64,000 nt of DNA, from IMG/VR virus record IMGVR_UViG_3300045988_135688; one strand, given 5' to 3'. Every line of letters starts with the position of its first letter. The first letter of the stretch is position 1. This document shows positions 35,459 to 44,927 of this stretch, one piece after another. Below the pieces are notes generated by a model that worked only from the letters and a program-made list of their open reading frames with translations, was not told where the DNA came from and made no database searches. Made by a program: the position numbers and the translations under genes. This stretch comes from a virus.

Positions 35459-35942
35459 TTTTCACATTCTCCTTGTCCACTATTAATTGCATTATATCAG
35501 CGTAGCCAGCCAAGTCAACCATATTGTCACGCTTTTTATGGAATCCCTGTCTGCATAGTTTTACAGCTATCTGTACAGCAACACAGTCATAAGGAGATAA
35601 TTCCTTTCCCGTAATCAAAGAAGCCATCTTGGAAATGTTTTCAAAATTGGCTACAGCATCACCATAGTCAGACTGTCTGCTGTTGCTACGGATATCCTTT
35701 GCTTCATCAAGGATGCTTCTCTCTTTAACATGATCAACATAAGCAATACAATCCGAGAAAAGAATATATTCTTTACCTTGGTCATCCGCACAAAGAAACT
35801 TTTCACCATTCTCAAAACAGTATTTAACAGTGACAAATTTTCCGAACACATTTGACTTGCTTACAGAATCTTCACCGTGAAGTGAAATGTATTTATCACG
35901 GTTTATAATTTTCACCCTGCTGTTCAACGTAACTCCAATCAT
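35442..35942 (-). CDS. Hypothetical protein with DUF6378-like C-terminal domain
   Basis: The SRQSDYGDAVANFENISKMA...KKRDNMVDLAGYADI pattern is recalled from phage nucleotide-metabolism-associated domains; unverified. Confidence 0.5.
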   Translation of the reverse strand: MIGVTLNSRVKIINRDKYISLHGEDSVSKSNVFGKFVTVKYCFENGEKFLCADDQGKEYILFSDCIAYVDHVKERSILDEAKDIRSNSRQSDYGDAVANFENISKMASLITGKELSPYDCVAVQIAVKLCRQGFHKKRDNMVDLAGYADIMQLIVDKENVKNGEKG

Positions 35943-36106
35943 AACAAATCACCTACCTTTATGTTATCCGCATCCTTCTTATCAGAAAAGAAGATACGGT
36001 CATACTTAGTTTCACCAAACTCAACAAACATGGCTAAGATAAAATACTTGTTCAATACACTATCATAACCCTTGTCGTAAATCTTGTTTATCTTTTTTGT
36101 TTTCAT
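35939..36106 (-). CDS. Small hypothetical protein (55 aa)
   Basis: Below the ORF-track cutoff. MKTKKINKIYDKGYDSVLNKYFILAMFVEF... has ATGA overlaps with both neighbours. Confidence 0.5.
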   Translation of the reverse strand: MKTKKINKIYDKGYDSVLNKYFILAMFVEFGETKYDRIFFSDKKDADNIKVGDLL

Positions 36107-36483
36107 CGTTTTTCACATTTAATGTCCATACTGTCACCTCCCATCATCATCTTCAACGTACATGTATTGGACATCAGTTCAACAATCTCGTATCTTACGT
36201 ACTCATATCCATCAACATAACATGTAATGGTTTTACCAGAAATATCATAAGTACCGTAACCATTCCCAAAATAGCCCCTTCCTACATAAGTACCATCCTG
36301 ATTAAACTTAGCGTAAGTAGGTCTTATCATAGGATACCATCTACCATCCACTTTTACCTGAACAAGTTCCCATGTGCCGATAATAGCATCCTTGTATTCA
36401 TCATCCTTATCATTGGAACAACTACACAACCCCAATAACACTATTGAAGAAATAGCTAAAAATAATAAAAACGTCTTTCTCAT
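36103..36483 (-). CDS. Lipoprotein with lipocalin-like domain
   Basis: MRKTFLLFLAISSIVLLGLCSCSND (lipobox); the GTWELV motif is typical of the Bacteroidota lipocalin-like domain. Confidence 0.7.
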   Translation of the reverse strand: MRKTFLLFLAISSIVLLGLCSCSNDKDDEYKDAIIGTWELVQVKVDGRWYPMIRPTYAKFNQDGTYVGRGYFGNGYGTYDISGKTITCYVDGYEYVRYEIVELMSNTCTLKMMMGGDSMDIKCEKR

Positions 36484-36938
36484 TTCTCTGCATTATTTGT
36501 GGAACCAAAACCTCCATCACCCCTATCCGTTGAATCAAGGCTTTCAACCTCAACAAATTCAACCTCAATATAATTACTGAAAAGAAGCTGAGCAATTCGC
36601 TCCTTGGCAGCAATATAGAAAGGCTCTTTCTCAAAGCTCTTCACTATAACACCTATACAACCTGTATAGTCACAATCAATAACACCATCCAACACATCAG
36701 CGTCATGATACTTCCCGTCAACGCCAATAATACCTTTCAGGGAAAATCCACTCCGCGGCTTGATAATAGCCTTCATATTTGAAGGCATCTGAATGGCTAT
36801 ACCAAGTTTAATCAGATTACGACCTTTTCTTATCAACGTGTTGTCAGGAACATACAAATCATACCCGGCAGCACCATCAGTTTTTTTTTCGGGAAGAACT
36901 GCATCCCGTCTTAATTTTACGAATTTTACTTGATTCAT
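36480..36938 (-). CDS. dut: dUTP diphosphatase
   Basis: dUTPase motifs AAGYDLY, RSGFSLKG, GVIDCDYTG, RIAQL and the C-terminal RGDGGFGSTN. Confidence 0.9.
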   Translation of the reverse strand: MNQVKFVKLRRDAVLPEKKTDGAAGYDLYVPDNTLIRKGRNLIKLGIAIQMPSNMKAIIKPRSGFSLKGIIGVDGKYHDADVLDGVIDCDYTGCIGVIVKSFEKEPFYIAAKERIAQLLFSNYIEVEFVEVESLDSTDRGDGGFGSTNNAEK

Positions 36939-37402
36939 TTTTTTATTTTTCTCTTTAAATCATACATAGCGCATTCCCTGCTTCTATAAATCTTGCTTGC
37001 AGGATAAATCACATCACTTACAATAACAAAGCCGACAACAGGATCTGTAATTGGAACTACTTCACCATCAACAATGGTAAAATGATTCTCGGACAAAAGT
37101 CTTCTCATGGCAGCAATCTGTTCGAGAGTAGCCTTTGAGATATCATAGCCGTTTGAAAAGTTAAACTCTGAATTACATATAAGAGTATTCTTGTCCTCAT
37201 ACAAGAATATAGCTTTCAAACCACCATTATTGATAAAAACATAATCCTTGCCATTTCCTGTCCTGCTCTTAGCAAACAGGAAATCTCCTTTCTTGAAATC
37301 GTCAATCTTTACCAACTCGTAAGTACAATCATCAATCTTATTCAAGATATACCCATTAGGCAGTTTTATTACACTTGAATTAGTATTACCCATTTCTTTC
37401 AT
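36935..37402 (-). CDS. Hypothetical protein (155 aa)
   Basis: ORF track; ATGA overlap with dut. Confidence 0.6.
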   Translation of the reverse strand: MKEMGNTNSSVIKLPNGYILNKIDDCTYELVKIDDFKKGDFLFAKSRTGNGKDYVFINNGGLKAIFLYEDKNTLICNSEFNFSNGYDISKATLEQIAAMRRLLSENHFTIVDGEVVPITDPVVGFVIVSDVIYPASKIYRSRECAMYDLKRKIKK

Positions 37403-37601
37403 CCGTATTCAATCTGAATGCAGCCTCCCTAGCCTGATCCTTCGTTCTATACAACTCTATTTTTTCAAACATACGACCATCATCACAGTCATACGTACAC
37501 AAGGTGACAGCCCACATATTACCACGCGGAGAATAGAAATACCTGCCGTAATCCTTTCCCATCACCTTACCGTCAATTCTTATTTCTCCTTTGTTAGCCA
37601 T
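37386..37601 (-). CDS. Hypothetical protein (71 aa)
   Basis: ORF track; overlapping neighbours. Confidence 0.5.
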   Translation of the reverse strand: MANKGEIRIDGKVMGKDYGRYFYSPRGNMWAVTLCTYDCDDGRMFEKIELYRTKDQAREAAFRLNTDERNG

Positions 37602-38295
37602 GCTTATTCTTATAAATTTTCCTCATTTCATCTATTAAATTAGAAAAAGATTTTATATACCCCATATCTATAGCAAACGATAAAGATTTTTGCAAATCAT
37701 CCAATTCTTTTAATTGTTCCTGAGTAGCTGTATTTCTTATCATTGTTTCATGGACACCAAAAACAATATAATTCAATCCTTTTGCTATGATACGGTAATC
37801 CACATCATCAAACTTAGATGCCGAACGACATAAATCATTATATCTATCACCAGCTTCAATACGATTAATAATCAAATTATCTGTCAACCACATTATAACA
37901 GTAGCATATATTTCAGGGTTAAGTTCAAGAGCAATAAGAACCCAAATATAAGGATTACAGGAAACATGTCTATTGTTACGAGCACCAAGAGTCTTATAAA
38001 CACCATACTTCTTTAAAACCTTAACCAATGAACTTTTATTAACCTCATCAATAAAAGCAGTAAATCCTGTTTTTATAATTCCCTGTTTATTAAGGATATA
38101 ATATATACGCTCAGAAGACGAATTGTTAGATAATATATTTTCAATCCTCTTCTCATTCCATCCTTTTTCAATTCTAGCCCTAGTATATGCCTCCTGCAAA
38201 TCAGTTATAGATAAAAATTGATTTTTGGTATCTTGTCTAATAGTTACCCCAAATAATTTTCTGTCATTAGACACCATTGTAACGTTTGTTTTCAT
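37594..38295 (-). CDS. Putative KilA-N-like DNA-binding protein (233 aa)
   Basis: The N-terminal LFGVTIRQDTKNQFLSITDL ... NPYIWVLIALELNPEIYATVIMWL resembles the KilA-N core. Confidence 0.45.
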   Translation of the reverse strand: MKTNVTMVSNDRKLFGVTIRQDTKNQFLSITDLQEAYTRARIEKGWNEKRIENILSNNSSSERIYYILNKQGIIKTGFTAFIDEVNKSSLVKVLKKYGVYKTLGARNNRHVSCNPYIWVLIALELNPEIYATVIMWLTDNLIINRIEAGDRYNDLCRSASKFDDVDYRIIAKGLNYIVFGVHETMIRNTATQEQLKELDDLQKSLSFAIDMGYIKSFSNLIDEMRKIYKNKHG

Positions 38296-38364
38296 ATTAA
38301 TATAATTTAATTTAGTGCAAATATACTAAATAAAATTATATTATCAAATATTTCACTATGATTC

Positions 38365-38907
38365 TTATTTCCTCACCCCAAACTTTTTCCTAAACTCATC
38401 AGCAGAACACGCTATTCGCTGACCAAGATGGTCTACATACAAAACAGCATCTTTAATCATTCGGTCATTATCGGCAAGCATGTGGATAACACTGTCAACG
38501 ACACACTCTTTACCACTACCTAATTCAACATACTTATTACCCATGACAATACAGTCTTTTTCCTTCAAAGGAACAATACGTTCAATCTTGCTTTCACGAT
38601 ATTTTTTCAGCTTTTCAAAGAACTCACGGTGCATGACACGCTCATTCTCATCCATCACATAGTAAAATTCACAGCAAATATCATTAACATCATTTACTGT
38701 AGTGAGTTCAATAATGTTTTCAGTAGCATTCTGCAATGCGTCAAAGAAATTCACATCATGATCATCCAACACTTCTTCCATCATTCTGTCAATGGAAGCA
38801 ATAACCGCGTTCTTAAAATCAATATCGTCACAACGAAATCCCAAAGAGATATAATTACGCAAGGAAAGAAGGTTTTCCTTAAAATCAATTCCTAATTCAA
38901 TATCCAT
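38365..38907 (-). CDS. Hypothetical protein (180 aa)
   Basis: ORF track. Confidence 0.6.
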   Translation of the reverse strand: MDIELGIDFKENLLSLRNYISLGFRCDDIDFKNAVIASIDRMMEEVLDDHDVNFFDALQNATENIIELTTVNDVNDICCEFYYVMDENERVMHREFFEKLKKYRESKIERIVPLKEKDCIVMGNKYVELGSGKECVVDSVIHMLADNDRMIKDAVLYVDHLGQRIACSADEFRKKFGVRK

Positions 38908-39869
38908 TCTCTAAATTGTTTAATGTTAATACTCTTCAAATTATTAATAACAGCATCTCCGATATCATCGTTATGCTTCAATCCAAAAGACAGGCTAGGG
39001 AACTCCCACCATCTCGCCACACGTCCTTTGTCACCCCACAAAGATATAGCTTTATTATCAAAGTCGGGGAATAAAATAACATTTTTTGGCAATTTATTTC
39101 CAAGCTGGTTCATTCCGCCACAAGCTATCCATACAAAACCGTTACCGAAAGCCATAGAAGCTATTATGGCGGTTTTCTCCGATTCAACCATACAAGTTAT
39201 CGCATCGCTACAATACTCCCCTAAAAACGGCTTAAAATAGCCGCGATAGGTAAATCCTTCGCCCGTAGTAAACTTCCTGAAAGCATGGGTTTCCTTCTTC
39301 CTGTGCCCGTTCACCTCATATCTTATCCTGTTGTCATGGCACACGTTACCATCCTTGTCGGAATACCAGAACACAGCGGATTCCTTTCCAAGACATCCTA
39401 CCTTGTACCTTGAAAACACATCATTCACGGAATCAACACCGAAAACGCCTGAAAGGTACTCGTACAGGTTATTACCCTTCCAATGCCCGGCATCGCTAAG
39501 CCTGTCAACATACTTCATATCAACAAACCTTGATTCCTGCCTTCCCGAATCATACTCCCTCTCGTAGAAATCCTTCAAACTCATCCTGCAACCGTCAGGA
39601 CTTGACAGAATCCTAAAAGCATCAGAAGCACTGCTGCAACCGGGAAGATAAGACACGAGAAAATCAAATAGGTTGACAGAATCACCTCCCTGCTCGGTAA
39701 CGGTGATACTGCCCGACTTGTTCATATAGAAAACCAGCTTATCCTTCCTGCTATGGCTCTCCAGATTTATCCGGGCAGGCAATGTCCACCGCTTACCCCT
39801 ACGCCTTAAAGGAAGCCCAAGCACCGTGTCAAGATTGGCAAATATATACTCATAATCAATACTAGCCAT
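38892..39869 (-). CDS. Toprim-domain protein (primase-associated?)
   Basis: MVESEKTAIIASMAF...VILFPDFDNKAIS gives the Toprim E ... DxD signature. Confidence 0.55.
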   Translation of the reverse strand: MASIDYEYIFANLDTVLGLPLRRRGKRWTLPARINLESHSRKDKLVFYMNKSGSITVTEQGGDSVNLFDFLVSYLPGCSSASDAFRILSSPDGCRMSLKDFYEREYDSGRQESRFVDMKYVDRLSDAGHWKGNNLYEYLSGVFGVDSVNDVFSRYKVGCLGKESAVFWYSDKDGNVCHDNRIRYEVNGHRKKETHAFRKFTTGEGFTYRGYFKPFLGEYCSDAITCMVESEKTAIIASMAFGNGFVWIACGGMNQLGNKLPKNVILFPDFDNKAISLWGDKGRVARWWEFPSLSFGLKHNDDIGDAVINNLKSINIKQFREWILN

Positions 39870-39873
39870 GGCA

Positions 39874-40107
39874 TTACTTAAAATTACGCCATCCCTGTTT
39901 CAAATCCCTAAAGAAATCGCTAAACGTATAACGATAACCGTCAGGATATCCTAGAAAATCAGAAAGGCATGAAACATATCCTCCAGGCTTACGTCCACTC
40001 GTCCATCGGTACACCATTTCGGCAGGAACCATAAACACAAGAAGAACAAATAAAATGTCAACGTATATGAGAAACATGACAAAACGAACAAAGCACCTCA
40101 TAATCAT
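39874..40107 (-). CDS. Small membrane protein (77 aa)
   Basis: ORF track 39874-40161. The start at 40107 gives an ATGA overlap with the upstream stop. Hydrophobic FVMFLIYVDILFVLLVFMV. Confidence 0.45.
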   Translation of the reverse strand: MIMRCFVRFVMFLIYVDILFVLLVFMVPAEMVYRWTSGRKPGGYVSCLSDFLGYPDGYRYTFSDFFRDLKQGWRNFK

Positions 40108-40706
40108 TCCTCCACATCCCCTAAAAGAAGTTTCTTCGCATAACGCAACGCAAATTCCCAATTGTAATAAAACGTACCTAGCAAATCAAAGAACAGGCTA
40201 TACACGGCATCCTTGTCACCATCGGGAACGGAATACATGATATCATCCATCATACGGATATCATCACTGAATCTGGCATTCTTTGTAGTATAACGCCACA
40301 AACCGCCAACGGCAAGTATCTTGGCGTGTTCATAAACATGATAGTCAATGGAATATACATCACAAACGTAGTCATTAAACCAATCCTCATTGTTAAGCAC
40401 ACCACTAACAGGGCTTGCCGACAAAATCATATTAACAAACACACCAAAATGACAATACTGCTCTATCTTACCCGAATTATTGTCAAACTCAACCTTGAAA
40501 GCATCCTTGCCGCCCTCATTAATACTGCAAACCATGTCACTTACGTAAAGCGTCTTTAACCACTGGCTGAAATTATACCTTTTCAAACCAGTCCTGTTAC
40601 GGGCTTCATTTATCGCACACTGGGCATCAGACACACATACATACCAATCAGAAGTAACACGAATACTTCTATCAAATAAAACAATCTCTTTATTATCCAT
40701 ACACAA
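40104..40706 (-). CDS. Hypothetical protein (200 aa)
   Basis: ORF track. Confidence 0.6.
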   Translation of the reverse strand: MCMDNKEIVLFDRSIRVTSDWYVCVSDAQCAINEARNRTGLKRYNFSQWLKTLYVSDMVCSINEGGKDAFKVEFDNNSGKIEQYCHFGVFVNMILSASPVSGVLNNEDWFNDYVCDVYSIDYHVYEHAKILAVGGLWRYTTKNARFSDDIRMMDDIMYSVPDGDKDAVYSLFFDLLGTFYYNWEFALRYAKKLLLGDVEE

Positions 40707-40770
40707 TAAAATTTTTCAGCAAAAATACATATTAAAGTAATATGGCAAAAATAATAACAGTTAAACAATA

Positions 40771-41385
40771 TTAAACAGACAACCTATTATCTTTCCATTT
40801 TTTAGCTTTCAACAAACCAACACGGACAGCTTCATTGTTATTCCATTTAAAAATGTCACACATAAGAGATATATATTCATGGATCTTATCTCTATACAAC
40901 AACTGTTCTTCTGTTGCGTGTTGCCAATCTGTCGTTATACCACATTCTTCTTTTATCATAGTGCACAATAATGACATAGCTTTTGAGAACTGGCTTTTAT
41001 TGGAACAATTATTATACAGCGCACCAGTCATTTCTTTAAATGAATCACCGCTATCATTACGATATTCAAGAAGTTTGTCGAATAACCATTCATACACCTC
41101 AACTTTCAACTTTGGATTTATCGCCAACGCCAAATCCAAGAATAAAAAAGGATGAACCCATGTATGATGCCCTCTACCCCTTCCGCTAATAATAGCAGTA
41201 CCATATTTTTTTTCTAACTCCACAATAAACTCTCTTGTATTATTGCTTTGCCGCCATTCATGCCATGAAAACAAAGATTTACCATTTTTTAAAAGCCAAT
41301 TATTACCAGCTTTAATCAAATCCGTAGCAGAATACATTCCACTATCAGAAACAGTTATTTTTTGACCAAAAATAGATGTATCCAT
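40771..41385 (-). CDS. KilA-N domain protein
   Basis: MYSATDLIKA...GRGRGHHTWVHPFLFLDLALAINPKLKVEVYEWL is a typical KilA-N core. Confidence 0.75.
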   Translation of the reverse strand: MDTSIFGQKITVSDSGMYSATDLIKAGNNWLLKNGKSLFSWHEWRQSNNTREFIVELEKKYGTAIISGRGRGHHTWVHPFLFLDLALAINPKLKVEVYEWLFDKLLEYRNDSGDSFKEMTGALYNNCSNKSQFSKAMSLLCTMIKEECGITTDWQHATEEQLLYRDKIHEYISLMCDIFKWNNNEAVRVGLLKAKKWKDNRLSV

Positions 41386-41386
41386 A

Positions 41387-42004
41387 TCAATAAGTTTTAT
41401 ATAACTCGAAATTATTATTCATAATACATTTATAGACTATGCCAATAAACTTTCCAATATTAACCTTGTTGTCTATTCTAATGACCTTATACCCCTTGCC
41501 TATTAAAAAGTTGGTTCTATTGATTTCATCAATTGTATCATATCCAATATGCCTGTTTTCATCTATTTCAACTATAATGGATTTATTAATTAAAATATCA
41601 ACACAATATGGCTCTATAGGATACTGCCTTTCTATCGTAAAATTAATTCCAGATGATTCCATAAATGATTTCAATTCAAAGAAAAACTCACTTTCGTCTA
41701 TTTTTCTCAAAGATATATCAGAATCAGAAACTAATCCTTGGACAAAAAGCTCGTGTATAAAAAACTTTTTCTCGAACAAAGAAAGCCTATAAGACTTAGA
41801 TAACCATTCTTTAATACATTCTCCATTAACAAGGACACAACTTCCTCTTCCTTTTTTACTAGGACGAATTATGTTATCTTGATTAAGACTGTTTAATTCA
41901 GTATGTTTAAAAGAATTACTTCCTATAAACACATTAAAAACAGACGATTTAAACCATCCATCTTTAACACTTTCTACTTTTACATTATTAAATGTATATT
42001 CCAT
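41387..42004 (-). CDS. Endonuclease-fold protein (DUF559/Vsr-like PD-(D/E)xK C-terminus)
   Basis: YCVDILINKSIIVEIDENRHIGYD...GYKVIRID. Start moved to MEYTFNNVKV. Confidence 0.55.
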   Translation of the reverse strand: MEYTFNNVKVESVKDGWFKSSVFNVFIGSNSFKHTELNSLNQDNIIRPSKKGRGSCVLVNGECIKEWLSKSYRLSLFEKKFFIHELFVQGLVSDSDISLRKIDESEFFFELKSFMESSGINFTIERQYPIEPYCVDILINKSIIVEIDENRHIGYDTIDEINRTNFLIGKGYKVIRIDNKVNIGKFIGIVYKCIMNNNFELYKTY

Positions 42005-42087
42005 ATCTCCTTTTTTATGCAAAGATATGGAATATACATTAATAAACAAAACAAAAAGGGTATTTATTTATCATAAAACAAACCACC

Positions 42088-43554
42088 CTAAAACGGCAAA
42101 TCCTCCTTCATTATATCATCAGCCTGTTGGAGAAGATATTCGTCAGGATTATACTTCCGTCTTAGGACAACCTGAAACAGCCTGTTCCTGTTCTCATCCC
42201 ACGCGGAAGTGACGGAATAGCCTTCCTGGCGTATCATGTCAACCATCTTTCTCTTACTGTAAGGTCTAACGCCACAGTCATTGCAGTATGCTATGTATTT
42301 CACATACAGGTCACGGTCACGGATAGCCGATTCCTCAATATCTCCCGAAGAATCATACCCCGAATCGTAAAGATACGACAAGACACTGTTGGAATCACGT
42401 CTTGCATTCTCCGTAACGGATTCTATCGTGTAACTTCTCGTAAACTCACCCTTGTTCTTAACAAACCGTCTTGCACCCTCTATTATCCAGTTGATAATGG
42501 CTGCCGATTCCTTTGACAGCTTCAACGGAAGAGATCTGTCCTGTTCCGATTCCTTGAACACACGATAGAACGGGATAACAAGGGAGCGTCTGAAGTGACC
42601 ATAAGTCTGGTCCGAAACGGAAGGCATCTTGTTAAGGTTGGCCATGAAAGGCGGCATCATGTCGGCAAGGAAAGGCTCACCGAACGGAAGGCGCGCCATA
42701 GTAGGCTCACCAGATATGAACTTCTTATACTTTCCACCGCTCACGTCCTTCCCACCCATCTCTGAGGCGTAGTTGAGCAGCTTGCCGTTTATCATCGCTA
42801 TATTGTACTCGCAAGTAGACTTGTCACCCGACAGGTCAGCCATCTCCATATACGACACATTGTCTTTCCCCAGGGCATTGACAACAGCGTCAAAGAACAC
42901 CGACTTACCGTTACTACCACAACCGAGAAGGTAACACATCTTCTCCATCTTGATCTTCTTCCTGTCAACAAAGGCACACCCCACAAACTCCTGCAAGGCA
43001 TCCTGTGTGTCCTTCACCGGGATCACATCGTCTAGGAACTTCTCCCACAACGGGCTGCGCGCCAACGGGTCATAATTGATATTGATACGTATGCACGATT
43101 CTATCATAGGAGAGAAATCGAACGTTTCCATCGTTTCCGTGTCAAGGACACAATTGTCAAACGTGATGAAGTTACGCTTGGGATTGAATATCTCATGCGT
43201 CACGTTCTTTACGATGGTACGGTAGAACCGCTCGCTCGTATCGGTCATGTACAGTTCGCTAAGACCGTTTATGCGGCACAAATCCATACACAGGCGCATC
43301 AGATCCTCCTTCATCATGGGAACGAATATCTTACCGTCAAAAGCCATGATGGAACCGCTCCTGTGGCGTCTGAAATTGCATTCCCTGCACGCATCGGCTA
43401 TATCCATCTCGACCATAGCGGATATGGAACGCTTCCACTCGCCTTCATCCCTTGCTTTACGGAAGCCACGACCACCACCCTTGTCCGCCAGCTTGCCCAT
43501 AACGGAATCAAGGATGTATTCATAAGAAGCCTTTGCAGATTCAGCGACAGTCAT
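42088..43554 (-). CDS. Primase-helicase, P4/D5 family (SF3 NTPase)
   Basis: Walker A LLGCGSNGKSV, downstream Walker B/motif C region. 488 aa with the typical D5_N plus NTPase layout. Confidence 0.85.
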   Translation of the reverse strand: MTVAESAKASYEYILDSVMGKLADKGGGRGFRKARDEGEWKRSISAMVEMDIADACRECNFRRHRSGSIMAFDGKIFVPMMKEDLMRLCMDLCRINGLSELYMTDTSERFYRTIVKNVTHEIFNPKRNFITFDNCVLDTETMETFDFSPMIESCIRININYDPLARSPLWEKFLDDVIPVKDTQDALQEFVGCAFVDRKKIKMEKMCYLLGCGSNGKSVFFDAVVNALGKDNVSYMEMADLSGDKSTCEYNIAMINGKLLNYASEMGGKDVSGGKYKKFISGEPTMARLPFGEPFLADMMPPFMANLNKMPSVSDQTYGHFRRSLVIPFYRVFKESEQDRSLPLKLSKESAAIINWIIEGARRFVKNKGEFTRSYTIESVTENARRDSNSVLSYLYDSGYDSSGDIEESAIRDRDLYVKYIAYCNDCGVRPYSKRKMVDMIRQEGYSVTSAWDENRNRLFQVVLRRKYNPDEYLLQQADDIMKEDLPF

Positions 43555-44578
43555 TTTCCCCTCCTTTCTCTACCGATCCTACCGATTCTACCGATTTCTC
43601 CCGGTCCACAACCTTCCCGAACATTACAACAGGATACAGGTCATAATCGTCCGTTGATATGTCAGGGCGTGCGTCTATATCGTCAAGGGAAGAGTACACG
43701 TCCGCGATGTGCTCCAGTTTCCTGCACACGATGGAATCACGTCTTATCCCGTAATACTCTATAAGGTCAGCCATGTACTGTATGGTGATGTCCTTGAACC
43801 ACGTGAACGCATCATCACGTGTCTTTGCACCGTCACAGCAGGTATTGAACGTGTACCCGAAACGCCTCATCTTCACGAAGTAGCTGTTCCGCCACAACGA
43901 CACCGACTTGTCCATCTCGCTCCCTGCATTGCGTATGGCGGTGACGATGCTTCCCGGCATGAGCGCGCACCGTGAAACGCGAGCGGCGGAAGGCTTCCCG
44001 TTCGCCCCGGTTCCATCCACCATATCCACATCGGGCACGAACCTTAGATCATCCACGCTCCTTCCGCCAACAACGGACGTGTCATGGCGCATAAGGTAGT
44101 CTGCATCCACGATATGCCCGTACTGTCTTACCTGGTCCTCGCACCACGAAGCGAATCTGCGCAACGACCGTTTCCACTCGGAAGGAAGCACATACCCGCA
44201 CCTTGCACATATCTCCGCTATATGCTTCCTCTCCTTCTCCCATTTTCTCTTCATCTTCCTCTCGTACTCCAGCACCTCACCCTCCACGCTGACACCAGCG
44301 ACCTGTGCAGCCATAGACTTTGCAGTTAAAGGTACGGGCACACGCTTGATGAATGACGCTTCCGACACGAACACAGCCTTTGTTCCGTCCTCCAGAGGCT
44401 CGTCAAGTTTAAGACAGCAGTGACGATCCCTGAAGCTGACGAGCGTAACCCACCCGAACAGCCGTGTCTGAACCCTCATTCCCTTGTACCAACGTTCCCT
44501 GTCGGGCATTGCATCGGACAGGCATACGACACGCCTTGATTCGGGCAACCTAAGTTTAATCTCTATTTTTTCTTCCAT
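43541..44578 (-). CDS. Hypothetical protein (345 aa), first gene of minus-strand early operon, GC-rich
   Basis: ORF track. Overlaps the primase-helicase start by 14 nt. Confidence 0.6.
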   Translation of the reverse strand: MEEKIEIKLRLPESRRVVCLSDAMPDRERWYKGMRVQTRLFGWVTLVSFRDRHCCLKLDEPLEDGTKAVFVSEASFIKRVPVPLTAKSMAAQVAGVSVEGEVLEYERKMKRKWEKERKHIAEICARCGYVLPSEWKRSLRRFASWCEDQVRQYGHIVDADYLMRHDTSVVGGRSVDDLRFVPDVDMVDGTGANGKPSAARVSRCALMPGSIVTAIRNAGSEMDKSVSLWRNSYFVKMRRFGYTFNTCCDGAKTRDDAFTWFKDITIQYMADLIEYYGIRRDSIVCRKLEHIADVYSSLDDIDARPDISTDDYDLYPVVMFGKVVDREKSVESVGSVEKGGENDCR

Positions 44579-44927
44579 ATTTTACACACACATTTTACTT
44601 GATTTTACCTGCAAATATAGCGCAAAAAACAATACGAAAACTAGTAGTTAAATTAATTAACTACAAATGTTTATGTGATTAACAAATACGTGTCAAGGAA
44701 GATAGTTTATCTTTCTTTACACAAGATTTTTTACTTTCACGTCCACAGTATTATTTGAATAGGAAAAGTAAAAAATATTGATTGTTGTTATTTTTTACTT
44801 TTGTAATAATTTTTCTCATTTTAGTTAAAATGATTTAACTATAATTTTTTATCTACTTATTATTTTCTACGTTAAGAAATGTAAAATTGACTTAATTTAA
44901 CATAAAATAAAAAATCTCAACACCGAT

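Noticed and set aside
42798-44329. Multiple 60-190-aa ORFs on both strands (42798, 43195, 43247, 43709, 43908, 44084)
   Set aside because: They fall in the GC-rich island, where stop codons are rare, and overlap two well-supported minus-strand genes. Their translations are Arg/Pro/Ala-rich.
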